Source: a virus. Taken from it: 64,000 nucleotides of DNA. Within the stretch, counting starts at the first letter, position 1. Each line of letters opens with the position of its first letter. Under the pieces are notes generated by a model. The model was not told where the DNA came from, did no database searches, and saw only the letters and a program-made list of their open reading frames with translations. The position numbers and the translations under genes are program-made. The stretch lies in IMG/VR virus record IMGVR_UViG_3300027796_000318; one strand, given 5' to 3'. Shown one piece after another: positions 25,809 through 35,623 of the stretch.

Positions 25809-26689
25809 GACCGCGCCTCCCCGCCCTGGTGACGCGCCGACTTGCGGCGGGGGAATTTGATGACGCCCTGGCCGACGGCGCGGTCGTTGTGGTCGGCCAC
25901 TAGGGTGTTGCCCTTCTCGGCCATGAAGGCGGCGGCGAAGTCGCGCGGGAACAGCCACACGCCCGAATGCGGGCATTTGAGGACGGCAAGCGGCGGCTGG
26001 CGCAGCAATGCCCGGTCTCGCAGCGCGCGGCCGATCTTGCGGTTAAGGCTGTTCCTGCCCTTCTGGAGCGCCCCGGCCTCGTCGAGCAGTTCGCGCACGC
26101 TGACATATTCCAGGGCGGCAACGCGCGGATCGGCCGACAGCATCAGGTGGTTGACCCGCTGGGCAAGCTCGATCACGGCGGTTTCAAGCTGCTCCGTCCG
26201 CCCGTCCTGCCGGGTCATCGCTTCGGCCATCAAAGACGCCATCCGCTCGATCCCCGTCACCTTGTGGGCGACCATCTTCACCATGCCGTCCATCCGGCGG
26301 GTCAGTTCGGCATCGGCGGTCATGGCCCGCTCTTCCGCCCAGATGTAATAGCGGCGGATCAACCGGCCCTGGTCGTTGTTCTCGACCATCGCCAGTTCCT
26401 TCGCCATGCCCAGGGTCAGACGGTAGACGCTCTCGGGACGACCGCCTTCCGGGTTTTTCCCAGATCCGGGAGAAACCTCGTAATCGACGCCTTCCCGGAA
26501 GCCGTACTTGGTGATGCGCCCCTCAATCCAAGTGGTGTAGCGCCGCCCAACACTAAGGCCGGCATGAAGGGCGCGGGCATCTTCGACGCCGATCACGGTA
26601 TGACCGCCGATGACGACATCGGTGGCGGCGCAGATCGAAGCGACTTCCTGAAATTCGGGAGGGACTGTGATATCAGAGTGTTTGGTCAT
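25805..26689 (-). CDS. AntA/AntB-family antirepressor
   Basis: DARALHAGL...WIEGRITKYGFREGVDY...YRLTLGMAKELAMVENNDQGRLIRRYYI. Confidence 0.88.
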   Translation of the reverse strand: MTKHSDITVPPEFQEVASICAATDVVIGGHTVIGVEDARALHAGLSVGRRYTTWIEGRITKYGFREGVDYEVSPGSGKNPEGGRPESVYRLTLGMAKELAMVENNDQGRLIRRYYIWAEERAMTADAELTRRMDGMVKMVAHKVTGIERMASLMAEAMTRQDGRTEQLETAVIELAQRVNHLMLSADPRVAALEYVSVRELLDEAGALQKGRNSLNRKIGRALRDRALLRQPPLAVLKCPHSGVWLFPRDFAAAFMAEKGNTLVADHNDRAVGQGVIKFPRRKSARHQGGEARS

Positions 26690-26829
26690 TGCTGGCTCCG
26701 TTAAAGCCGGTGGTGACAAGCCCCCCGTTGAGGATGTTCGGTCTTCTTCGGATGGCGCGAAGACCGGCAGCAGGGCAAAGGTTTGGCGACCGCCCTGCTG
26801 CCACGCGCAGACGCCTTGAGACATCTGCC

Positions 26830-26853
26830 TTCATGGTGTAAATTACCCCATGA
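26830..26853. promoter_or_regulatory. Palindromic operator between antA and XRE gene
   Basis: TTCATGG-TGTAAATTAC-CCATGAA. Confidence 0.55.
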
Positions 26854-26902
26854 AACATCTGTCAATCAATCAAATTGCATTATCTTTGGTGGGATACGCC
26901 CC

Positions 26903-27133
26903 ATGTTGACCGGAGCGCAAATTCGGGCTGGCCGCGCCTTGGCGCGCTGGTCGGCCAGAGAACTGGCAGAACGTGCAGAAATCGGCCTTAACACGGTTCA
27001 GCGTTTGGAGGCCGTTGACGACGTTCCGAACTCTACGGCCAGAACTCTCGTCGCGATCCAACGCGCGCTTGAGGCGGCCGGCGTGGTGTTCACCGCCAAC
27101 GGGGTCGAACTGGCCCGGAAGGAGGCGTCATGA
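26903..27133 (+). CDS. XRE HTH regulator
   Basis: MLTGAQIRAGRALARWSARELAERAEIGLNTVQRLE. Confidence 0.88.
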   Translation: MLTGAQIRAGRALARWSARELAERAEIGLNTVQRLEAVDDVPNSTARTLVAIQRALEAAGVVFTANGVELARKEAS

Positions 27134-27444
27134 GCGAGGTGATTCAGTTCGACACGCTAAAATTCGTTGAAACCCTGGAAGCCGGCGGATTCACACACCA
27201 GCAGGCCAGGGCGACGGCAGAAGCTTTCATCGCCGCGACAAGCCGCGAACTTGCCAGCAAAGACGATTTGGCGCGGGAAAGCGCCACCATCAAAACCGAA
27301 CTGGGCGCGAAAATCGAAACCACGGTCTCAGAGGCAAAAGCCGATCTGCTGAAATCGGTCATTGCGGTTGTCATTGGGGCGGCAACCCTCAATACCGTTG
27401 CCGTGCTTGTTGCGATGTTCGGCCTCGCCAAGTTGCTGAAGTAG
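27130..27444 (+). CDS. DUF1640/CCDC90-like protein
   Basis: FDTLKFVETLEAGGFTHQQARA...ELASKDDL plus C-terminal TM segment. Confidence 0.8.
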   Translation: MSEVIQFDTLKFVETLEAGGFTHQQARATAEAFIAATSRELASKDDLARESATIKTELGAKIETTVSEAKADLLKSVIAVVIGAATLNTVAVLVAMFGLAKLLK

Positions 27445-27453
27445 GGAGGCATC

Positions 27454-27891
27454 ATGACCCCCACCCTCTACGACACCGACTTCTACGCCTGGGCGAACGA
27501 GCAGGCCGCGCTGCTGCGGGCCGGGAAGCTCGACGCCGCCGACATCGAGAACATTGCCGAAGAGATCGAGAGCATGGGCAAGGCCGAGAAGCGCGAACTG
27601 GTCAACCGCCTGACCGTGCTGTTCATGCACCTCCTGAAGTGGCAGTATCAGCCCCTCTTTCAGGGCGCGTCATGGCGCACGACGATCTTCAACCAGCGCC
27701 TTGATATTTCCGATTTGCTCGATGACAACCCGAGCCTCAAACCGCAGATCCCCGAGGCGATGACTCGGGCCTACCGCCGGGCGATCGGCGAGGCGTGCCT
27801 GGAAACTGGTCTCCCCGAACGGACCTTCCCGTCCACCTGCCCCTGGTCGTTTGAACAGGCGATGAGCCCGGAGTTCTGGCCGGAGGGGTGA
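27454..27891 (+). CDS. DUF29 family protein
   Basis: LYDTDFYAWANEQAALLRAG...HLLKWQYQP...CPWSFEQ. Confidence 0.92.
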   Translation: MTPTLYDTDFYAWANEQAALLRAGKLDAADIENIAEEIESMGKAEKRELVNRLTVLFMHLLKWQYQPLFQGASWRTTIFNQRLDISDLLDDNPSLKPQIPEAMTRAYRRAIGEACLETGLPERTFPSTCPWSFEQAMSPEFWPEG

Positions 27892-27995
27892 GGACGGGGC
27901 GATGGCGCGTATGTGAATTGGCGCGATGTTCGGTCGCACCAAATATGATGGAATTGAACAATGAGCCGACAAGTCATGCTCTTAAAAATATTAAT

Positions 27996-28835
27996 TTAAT
28001 AAAATGATATATAGCCCCCACCGACTCTTCCTGAAATGTTGTGCTGGCTAATGGCGCCAGTAGAAATGCCATATGATGAGTCAATATCCATTTTTAACCC
28101 GCAGTAATCTATTCGCTCGATAATCAATCCTGATGATTCACTGCACCCGTTCATCATCGAGCATTTTGGGCCTGTTTTGTATGGCTTTGCTGATTTTTTT
28201 AATACATTATCAACGTAGCGGTAAAAAGAAATCGCGTCCGATGGCACGCAAGACTTTTCGCCTATAGATGAGATTATTTCATATAATCCGGTTAGATTGT
28301 AATCATTAAGCGTTTTTGCAGACATTGGGTCTTTTTTAGGTATAAAGCTCAAATTTGTTACAGTCATTGATTCATCGAATGAGATAAATATCGTTACCCT
28401 TTCAAAAAAAGGAAACTGGCTCCGTTCATGTGGAAAATAAGCGTAAATCATGCTGTTTTTATCAAAAATCGGCTTACCGTTTATGTCCGTTAAGCCTGAA
28501 CTATGTAAAACATTTTCACGATAATTGTCTGTTATGGATAACTTTTGTGACAAAGAAGCAACACAAGTGTATAAGTTCCTCCCAATACACCCCTGGATTT
28601 CGTTACCGGAATTTATGTTTTTTATGTGAAACAGTATTTCTTCGATAGAAGATGTGTTGATATAAAGCCATTTTTTATAGTTATTTATATTATAATATGG
28701 GACGTCATCAGACCGGCCTGGATAGTAACCTGCCGGCTCACCTGCGGAAGAAGCTATGTCGCGCACAACGGGGGCGGATGTTACGCACCCCGCCAACCCC
28801 ATAGCCAAGATCGCCACAGCAATCCGAGTCCGCAC
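27996..28835 (-). CDS. AT-rich lipoprotein moron
   Basis: GTG start with SD, signal peptide ending in lipobox LAG-C; strong composition shift. Confidence 0.75.
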   Translation of the reverse strand: MRTRIAVAILAMGLAGCVTSAPVVRDIASSAGEPAGYYPGRSDDVPYYNINNYKKWLYINTSSIEEILFHIKNINSGNEIQGCIGRNLYTCVASLSQKLSITDNYRENVLHSSGLTDINGKPIFDKNSMIYAYFPHERSQFPFFERVTIFISFDESMTVTNLSFIPKKDPMSAKTLNDYNLTGLYEIISSIGEKSCVPSDAISFYRYVDNVLKKSAKPYKTGPKCSMMNGCSESSGLIIERIDYCGLKMDIDSSYGISTGAISQHNISGRVGGGYISFY

Positions 28836-29224
28836 CCCATCCTCCCCTTCAACCAAGAGGAGGATTTTCCTCCGGAGGTGCGCCCTGGTCAATCGGCCTA
28901 TCAAAGGTCTGTTGGCACAGGTGGCCCCAGCCGCAGAAATCGGGCAACATGCCCAACCTGAGGTGGGGGAAAGGTCGTCAAGACTGCCGCCATGGCTGAC
29001 GATGACGAGAAAATGGTGATCATCGAGCAGGCCTGCCCGACCTATGGTGGATCTGGCAAGATCCTTCCGCAGTAATTGTTTCGCCGCCTGCCGGCATCGG
29101 TCCGCCAGGGCAAGGTTCGGAGAACCCGGTTGCCCCAAGGTTCGGAGAACTGCGTCGAAGGTACGGAGAACAGGATCTCCCTCCGCTTGCCTGATCGACG
29201 CCGGCCGCCGGCGGGAAAGTCTAC

Positions 29225-29449
29225 TCAGACTGGCCCTGCCCCGTCCTTCCCCGCTTGGCTTTCCGGGAACAGGAAGGCGATCGCCGCCCCGGCCAACGGC
29301 CAGATCAAGGTGAGCCACAATTCCAGGCAACCGGCGCGCCACGCCGCCGGGTTGCTGGCGACGGTGGCGACGGCGGTGATCGCCACGGCACAAGCATGCT
29401 GTGACGATCGTTCCGGCAGGCGGGCGGCGAGATAGGACGGCGATGGCAT
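29225..29449 (-). CDS. Holin-like membrane protein
   Basis: SYLAARLPERSS motif plus two hydrophobic segments, adjacent to the endolysin. Confidence 0.6.
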   Translation of the reverse strand: MPSPSYLAARLPERSSQHACAVAITAVATVASNPAAWRAGCLELWLTLIWPLAGAAIAFLFPESQAGKDGAGPV

Positions 29450-29452
29450 CGG

Positions 29453-29887
29453 TTATCCCTCCCGGATCAGCGCCGCGACCCGATGCGCCCGGGCGGGGCA
29501 ATCCTCGCGCGCCCACTTCGAATTGAGCGCCTCGGCCGCAGCAGTGGCGTACTCGCCCCGCTCCAGCGCCGCCAGCATCCGGCGAAAACCGGACAGCCTG
29601 CCGATCCCGAGCTGAAAGCACATGTTGGCCAGCCCCCGCTGTCGGGGCTCGGCCATCTGCCGCCACCAAGGCAAGGAGCGATCCAGGTCGCGCAAGACGT
29701 CGGCGACATCCTGGCGCAGCCACTCGCCGGCCTGTGCGGCGGTGCAGGTCTGCCCCTCGCAGACCCCGGCAGTGTGGCCGTATCCGATGGTCAGGACGCC
29801 GGCCGTGCAGCGATATGCCTCCAGGCGGAGACCCTCATCGCACTGGAGGGTGTTGTAAAGTTGGTTGAGGTCGAGCAAGTCCATCAC
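29453..29887 (-). CDS. Endolysin, T4-lysozyme-like (GH24)
   Basis: DEGLRLEAYRCTAGVLTIGYGH. Confidence 0.93.
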   Translation of the reverse strand: MMDLLDLNQLYNTLQCDEGLRLEAYRCTAGVLTIGYGHTAGVCEGQTCTAAQAGEWLRQDVADVLRDLDRSLPWWRQMAEPRQRGLANMCFQLGIGRLSGFRRMLAALERGEYATAAAEALNSKWAREDCPARAHRVAALIREG

Positions 29888-30303
29888 TCCACAGAGGATC
29901 GAAATACGGCTCCGCTCCGGCCGCCAAAGAGAATCTGATCAATCCGGGAATGAATCCGCAAAATTGCGTCCCTCATTTCTTGGCGATGATCGCGTCGTTC
30001 CGTGCGGTCGGCTTCGAGCTGGTCGGACAAGGAGTCCACTTTGGCAGCCAATAGTTTGACCGCCGGGCACCCATCGGGGCCGGTGCCATGGCAGTCATCA
30101 CCGGCATCATCTCCCCTGTCCGGTTGGCTGGGGTTGCGCCAGATCCACAGACCCAGCAGGCCGGCGCCGGCAATGATCACCACAATGACCAGGGCGTAGA
30201 GGTTTCCCTCCGCCCCCCTGGTCACGACATCTCCGATAACCGCCCCAGCATTGGCAGCGGCATCGGGCGTTGCAGGCAAAACGGCAGCCACGGCGTCTTG
30301 CAT
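29884..30303 (-). CDS. Membrane/coiled-coil lysis-region protein
   Basis: One TM segment plus coiled coil, upstream of the endolysin. Confidence 0.55.
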   Translation of the reverse strand: MQDAVAAVLPATPDAAANAGAVIGDVVTRGAEGNLYALVIVVIIAGAGLLGLWIWRNPSQPDRGDDAGDDCHGTGPDGCPAVKLLAAKVDSLSDQLEADRTERRDHRQEMRDAILRIHSRIDQILFGGRSGAVFRSSVE

Positions 30304-30369
30304 GGCGGCTCCTTTCGCAAAAGAAAAGCCGCCCTGAAGTAGGGCGGCTTGCCCAGAGAACGCCGGCAA

Positions 30370-30693
30370 TCAGGCCGCGATATCAGTCTCGACCTCTTCA
30401 GCCGCCAGCATGGCGTCCGAGAAATCGAGTGCCTCGCGGGAGACGCGCTGCCACTGAGCCTGTCGGATCTTGTCCTTGATCAGCGTCGCCCCCGCCTGAT
30501 CGACCAGGACATAGGGCGCGCCGGCCGCTACCGCCGTGTCGATCGCATCCAGGACGCGGAGAGAGGCCCGCATCTCATCGAGGCCGATCGCGGCGCCGGG
30601 CACGGGATTTTGGAGGAGGGCCTTGAGGACATCAGCATAGCCGAATTCGCCGTGCGGCCCGGTCACAAGCAGCGGAAACTTGAATTGTTTCAA
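30370..30693 (-). CDS. Hypothetical tail-associated protein
   Basis: TTG start with GGAGGAG SD. Confidence 0.6.
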   Translation of the reverse strand: MKQFKFPLLVTGPHGEFGYADVLKALLQNPVPGAAIGLDEMRASLRVLDAIDTAVAAGAPYVLVDQAGATLIKDKIRQAQWQRVSREALDFSDAMLAAEEVETDIAA

Positions 30694-30709
30694 AGTGGTT
30701 CTCCTCCGA

Positions 30710-30976
30710 TTAAGCGTCAATCGCGCCAGCCCAATCGGGCAGAGCCTTGAGCGCAAGGTAAAGGTCTGATCTCGGCGCGTCCTGAAGATAGGACTCACCG
30801 GACAAATAGACTTCACGGGTCACAATCGGTTCAGGATTGTCGTCGCGGATTGATTTGGACGGGTATCCGGCGATCGTCAAGGAGACGGTGTCGCCAAATA
30901 CTTCGGTTTTTGCTTTGATCCTCCAGTATGTCGCAGGAACACCAAAGCTCGTATCAACGCTTTTTTGCAGTCCCAT
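30710..30976 (-). CDS. Hypothetical tail fibre-associated protein
   Basis: GVPATYWRI...LYLALKALPDW. Confidence 0.6.
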   Translation of the reverse strand: MGLQKSVDTSFGVPATYWRIKAKTEVFGDTVSLTIAGYPSKSIRDDNPEPIVTREVYLSGESYLQDAPRSDLYLALKALPDWAGAIDA

Positions 30977-30985
30977 TTTTTCCCC

Positions 30986-32182
30986 TTAAGCGAGGGCGAC
31001 GCTTCGCCATGTCGAGCCAAGGCGTACCCACAGTTTGTTGGCAGTGGTGTCTGCGACGATCGCGGCGGCATTGGTGTAAGGCGCCGTCGGTGCCCCTGTC
31101 GGCGTCCCAGCGCACGACGGAATCCAGAGAAAACCGGCAGTGGCGGTGGTGGCCAGGGCGGCTGATCCGACGACGAGGCCGCCGTAAACCGACAGCGACG
31201 AGGGCGATAGGCGCATCATTTCGTTGGTTGTCGCGGAGCCACCGGCAAAAAAGCGGATCACGCCAACGGATGAACTGGCGCCGATATTGAGCCCGGGCGC
31301 ACCAGACGTGAAAAGGTATGGTACGTTCGCCGTCAGAAGTCCGGTTGCCGTATAAGCTGACCCGGTGATACCGAAATAGACACCGTTACTTCCATTGATC
31401 GCCATGTAGCGAGCGTGGACATTTTCGCTGGCCGCCGTTGACTTATTTGCAAGGACGACATCGGTCGCCGCATCCTGGTTTTTCAGGATGTTGATAAAAT
31501 ACATATCGCTTGCGGTTGGCGCCTCCCCCCCGGGGTACCCGAGAGTCAGGCCATAGGCTGTGACGTTGACGGCACCGGGGGCAGAGAGATTGAACGACCC
31601 GGAAGATTCTTTGAGGGACAAGGAGACATTTCCGTCGCTCCCCATCACCAGCGACAGGCCGTCAGCACTGGTGGAGCCGGTCCCGGTTGTCGTCAGGTGC
31701 AGTTCGGCACTGCCGCCCCCGCCGACGTGAATGCCCTTGGCCGATGCCAAGGTGGCATTAACCCCGGTGCCAACCGAAAGATTACCGGTGATGATGCCAT
31801 AGCTGGTGCCGAACGACGCAGCCAGGGCGCCCGCGCCGATCAGGCCAACAACACCCGCGCCGGGCCGATAAACCCCGGTGGTGGGATCGGAGGCGAAATA
31901 AAGCCCCGGAGCGGTCAGTGTGCCGTTCGCGACCGAGTGGATAAAGCTGTTGGTTGCGGTGTCAATCGAACCGAGCGCAATCCAGTCCGTTCCATCGTAA
32001 ATTTGGACGGGCCATAAAGTTGTGGCGTTGCCGATCCAGAATTGGCCGGCCTTGGCCAGGGAAGGGGCTGAAGCTCCGATAAAGTTGGTCGCCAGCGAAT
32101 CAAGAGCGGCGTTGGTTTTGGCGACAAGGGAGGCGCCGGAAAGCGGCCCGCTCGTCGGAATGACGATTGCATTCTGAGACAT
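30986..32182 (-). CDS. Tail fibre / receptor-binding protein
   Basis: Gly/Ser/Thr-rich beta repeats; follows the tail tip protein. Confidence 0.8.
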   Translation of the reverse strand: MSQNAIVIPTSGPLSGASLVAKTNAALDSLATNFIGASAPSLAKAGQFWIGNATTLWPVQIYDGTDWIALGSIDTATNSFIHSVANGTLTAPGLYFASDPTTGVYRPGAGVVGLIGAGALAASFGTSYGIITGNLSVGTGVNATLASAKGIHVGGGGSAELHLTTTGTGSTSADGLSLVMGSDGNVSLSLKESSGSFNLSAPGAVNVTAYGLTLGYPGGEAPTASDMYFINILKNQDAATDVVLANKSTAASENVHARYMAINGSNGVYFGITGSAYTATGLLTANVPYLFTSGAPGLNIGASSSVGVIRFFAGGSATTNEMMRLSPSSLSVYGGLVVGSAALATTATAGFLWIPSCAGTPTGAPTAPYTNAAAIVADTTANKLWVRLGSTWRSVALA

Positions 32183-35154
32183 CAGTACCCCACGGCGGTG
32201 TAATGGACGGATCGGGCAACGCCGACGCCGCCATTGAAGATTTGGACGGTGAAGCCGGTCAGGGATTCGTCCGTGATCGAGATGACGTCCCCAGCCTGAG
32301 CGCCCCGGACGGTGATCTGGACGGCGGGGGTGGAAGCACCATCGGGGCCGCCGACAAACCGGTGCGGGTAGGTGACCGCCCGCCCCTCGGCCGGCACGGT
32401 CATCGCCGCAGCCGAGGCGGTGCGATCCGGCATATCGACGATCATGACAAACGAGGTCATCAGCGCGACGGTCTGATCGTCCCAGGCGGAAAGGGTGATG
32501 CGCGCTTGGAAATACTGACCGACGTAGGATCCTGGCCGATACGTCTGCCAGTCCGACCAAACAGGGCTTGCGCCGGCCGGGGCGATCCGAATTTCGATCA
32601 GGCTGTTGATCCGAGGCCCATAATAGGCGTCGGTGACATCAGCGTTTCCAAGAATATCCCCGTTATCAAACAGGTCAGAAAAAACGGGGACGCCCTTCGC
32701 ATCAGTCCTCACCCGGATCGCACAGGCCGCCGACCTGCCAATATTGACGATATCCGATTCAGGGATGGTGTACGTTCCAGGCTTTGTCCCCTGCCATATG
32801 ATTGATGACAGGCTGATGGCGTCATTAATCCCCAGGACATCATCAAGCCCGACCGTCGCCACGCCGATATCGAGCAGGGCCAAGCCGCCCTCAAACGTGC
32901 CCTGCCAGCCATTTGCGGCCTGGTCCTGGGTCGCCACCACATTCCCCGGCAGCCGGGCCTCCTCAACGACAACGGCCACCGGTGCGGCTGAATAGACGAC
33001 AATGTCACCTGGCGTGACGTAGCGGGCGGTCACCCAATAGGTGCCATCGTCAGCGATCCGCCAGTCAGGCGTGGCGGGCCGGCCGATGATTCTTGCCGTC
33101 TCGAATGTGTCGCCCTGGCGGACCTCATAAATCGGAGAGCGCCAGTCGGTCACGCTGTTCCAGCGCAGATGAGTCCAGCCCTCAGAAACAATCGTCGTGA
33201 GATTTGTGACGTTGGGCAACGGAGCCAGCAGTGCGGCGCCGGTCAGGTGGAACGTAATCGGGTTGATTTCCGACAGGTCTTCCAGGCCGCCGCCTTGCAC
33301 ATTGAACGAGCGGAGCTTGATCAGCAGGGTCTGGCCGGCCTGATCGGGGGAAATATCGAGCTTCAGAACGGCCTGATCGAGCCTCATAAACGAAGCCCCG
33401 GCCCGATGCTGGGCGGCTGATGTCCCGTATTGGCCCCGCCGGAGATAGGTCAAGTTATAAGCGCGAATCCCTGACAGGGCGGCGGATTTGTAGGCGACCA
33501 ATTCAGATCCGCCGATCACAGCCAGCGTGGCCAGGGCGTCGGCATCCGATTTTGAAACACTGGTCAGCGTCGCCCGGTCATCACGCATTATCACCCGGAT
33601 GACGTTGGAGAGATCCGGGTCGGCTTGTTTTGGCAGCAGAGAGGACAGGGTGCCGATCCGGGCGCTCGACGAGATCACGCCCCAGCGGGCATACTCCTCG
33701 CCGTCAGTGCTGACCCAAACTTCTGCGCCGCCCCAGTTGCTGCCGCCGCAGGCGCCGACCCAAACCTGAAGGCCGTTGCGGGCTAGGGTAGCCGGTGGCT
33801 CCCAGATCACCGATCCGGTGACCGGTCCGGGCGGAAAGTTGAAATCGACATCCTCTCCACTGAGATCCTGGTGCGGATAAACAGCCTCCTCGGCCAGCGC
33901 CCCAGGGACCTCCTCCGCCTCGACCGACAGAATCCCGTCGTCGTCCTCTTCGATGCTGACGATTCGCACCAGCTTACGAGCCAACCGGAGCCCGCCCACT
34001 TTGGTGGTCAGCGTCACGAAATCGATGTGTGGCTCAAGCCGGCAATAGCGCCAACCCAACTTGAATTTGTAAACATTCCTGACAAAAAGACCGCGCCATA
34101 AGATAAGTTGTGCGACTTTCTTTGCAATTTCTGTTGTTGTAATCCAGTGCGCCTGGATAGAAGACGCGCTTTTTAATCCGAATTTGTCGATATGGGCTTG
34201 GTCTCTGGCGGTGTAAGTCGTTATATTGTATTCTCTACCTCTATTAAGGTATTCAATCGTTACTTCGTTGTAAATCTCTCCAGCATATTTCCGCTCGCAA
34301 ATGATCGGCTCTTCGTCCGGGCCTGAAACGATGAAATCGTCGTCGGTGAGATCGTAAGCGGGGGTCAGATCGGGGGTATAGGTGCCGCCGGCACTGCTGC
34401 TCACTGTGGCGTCGGCGTAGGGTGCGATCTTCAGCCGCCCGTCCGAAAAAACAGCATCGCAATTGAGGGTTTGCAGCCACGCCTTGAGCGTGTCGGCGGC
34501 GGCGGCTTGCTCTTCCAGCACCGGACTGATCCGCAATTCAGCCGCAGCGGCATAGTCAGACAGTCCCAGATCCTGGTACAGATTCATGTCCCAACCTACG
34601 TCGGTCAGAAAATCCTGAACGACTTTCCCAGCATCAGCATCCGGGCTGGCGCTGGATGCGCCCTGCCCCTGCACCTCAAAAGCGAGGTTTGGAAGCGTAG
34701 AATCATTGCCGAGATCAAGAGGCCCAAATGCGGCGATTGCGACCCCAGAATAACTAAGCGCCTTTTCAGGGTGAATGCTGCTTAAAACATTCCATGGTTG
34801 TTGATTATTATTCCCAACAAAAAGATAGGATTTATCAATCCCCGCCATATTTGTTTTTTTCTTATTTTTCCATACCTGACCAATCCCTAAAATGGGGCCT
34901 TCACACAGGGCCAACTGTATTTTGGTGGAATAGGTATAGGAAACCGATCCACCGCCATCGGCCCCCCCCTTGCCGCTTGACGCAGACTGATGAGCCTCAC
35001 TGGCAAAATCCCCGTACCAGATCAAGTTTCCGGTAAGGCGGTTTGTTCCCCTGACCCAAGGAATTGCTCTGCCATAGCAAGACGTGTTGACCTTCAGCGA
35101 AGTAACTGCCGGCGATTGCTTTGACTGCGTCTGGGCGCCCCCGAACATACTCAT
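32182..35154 (-). CDS. Tail tip / host specificity protein (RcGTA g15/J-like)
   Basis: YGRAIPWVRG, ALCEGPI, LPNLAFEV, HLRWNSV FN3-like segment. Confidence 0.88.
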   Translation of the reverse strand: MSMFGGAQTQSKQSPAVTSLKVNTSCYGRAIPWVRGTNRLTGNLIWYGDFASEAHQSASSGKGGADGGGSVSYTYSTKIQLALCEGPILGIGQVWKNKKKTNMAGIDKSYLFVGNNNQQPWNVLSSIHPEKALSYSGVAIAAFGPLDLGNDSTLPNLAFEVQGQGASSASPDADAGKVVQDFLTDVGWDMNLYQDLGLSDYAAAAELRISPVLEEQAAAADTLKAWLQTLNCDAVFSDGRLKIAPYADATVSSSAGGTYTPDLTPAYDLTDDDFIVSGPDEEPIICERKYAGEIYNEVTIEYLNRGREYNITTYTARDQAHIDKFGLKSASSIQAHWITTTEIAKKVAQLILWRGLFVRNVYKFKLGWRYCRLEPHIDFVTLTTKVGGLRLARKLVRIVSIEEDDDGILSVEAEEVPGALAEEAVYPHQDLSGEDVDFNFPPGPVTGSVIWEPPATLARNGLQVWVGACGGSNWGGAEVWVSTDGEEYARWGVISSSARIGTLSSLLPKQADPDLSNVIRVIMRDDRATLTSVSKSDADALATLAVIGGSELVAYKSAALSGIRAYNLTYLRRGQYGTSAAQHRAGASFMRLDQAVLKLDISPDQAGQTLLIKLRSFNVQGGGLEDLSEINPITFHLTGAALLAPLPNVTNLTTIVSEGWTHLRWNSVTDWRSPIYEVRQGDTFETARIIGRPATPDWRIADDGTYWVTARYVTPGDIVVYSAAPVAVVVEEARLPGNVVATQDQAANGWQGTFEGGLALLDIGVATVGLDDVLGINDAISLSSIIWQGTKPGTYTIPESDIVNIGRSAACAIRVRTDAKGVPVFSDLFDNGDILGNADVTDAYYGPRINSLIEIRIAPAGASPVWSDWQTYRPGSYVGQYFQARITLSAWDDQTVALMTSFVMIVDMPDRTASAAAMTVPAEGRAVTYPHRFVGGPDGASTPAVQITVRGAQAGDVISITDESLTGFTVQIFNGGVGVARSVHYTAVGY

Positions 35155-35609
35155 GCCGAGCAGGCCTCCCACAGGCTGAAATATCTGATCGGGCGAGGCG
35201 CTCCATTTTTCATGAACGCGATTTCCATGTTTTGGCTGGCATCATCCTCGACCACGCCGTGCCGGATATGGGCGTGGATGAAGCGCGGCCAGCACGTGAC
35301 GATTCCTCCGTGGGCGTAGCAGCGAGCAAATTTCCACAGGACAAAATCGCCCGGCCGGGGATCGCCCGGGATCTCGTGCGCGACTGCCAAGACGATGTCG
35401 AGATACCGTTGCTCATCGTGATGGACGTGCCACGCGGCCGGGTACTCCCCGAAATCCGCCGGCGCCATCAGTCCGCAAGCGGTATAGACCCCCTGAGGGA
35501 ACATCGCGCAATCGACCCCGACACCACGAATCGTCCCACGATGGTGGTAAGGCGTGCCCAGCCAGAGCCGGGCCTCCGCCACAACAGCGGCGCGGCTTGC
35601 CTTTGACAT
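35151..35609 (-). CDS. NlpC/P60 tail peptidase
   Basis: WLGTPYHHRG...GVDCA...HGGI. Confidence 0.92.
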   Translation of the reverse strand: MSKASRAAVVAEARLWLGTPYHHRGTIRGVGVDCAMFPQGVYTACGLMAPADFGEYPAAWHVHHDEQRYLDIVLAVAHEIPGDPRPGDFVLWKFARCYAHGGIVTCWPRFIHAHIRHGVVEDDASQNMEIAFMKNGAPRPIRYFSLWEACSA

Positions 35610-35623
35610 GGCGAGATCCTTTG

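Noticed and set aside
28836-29723. N-terminal 296 aa of track ORF 27996-29723
   Set aside because: Overlaps endolysin and holin in another frame; SD plus lipobox signal indicates the true start at 28835.
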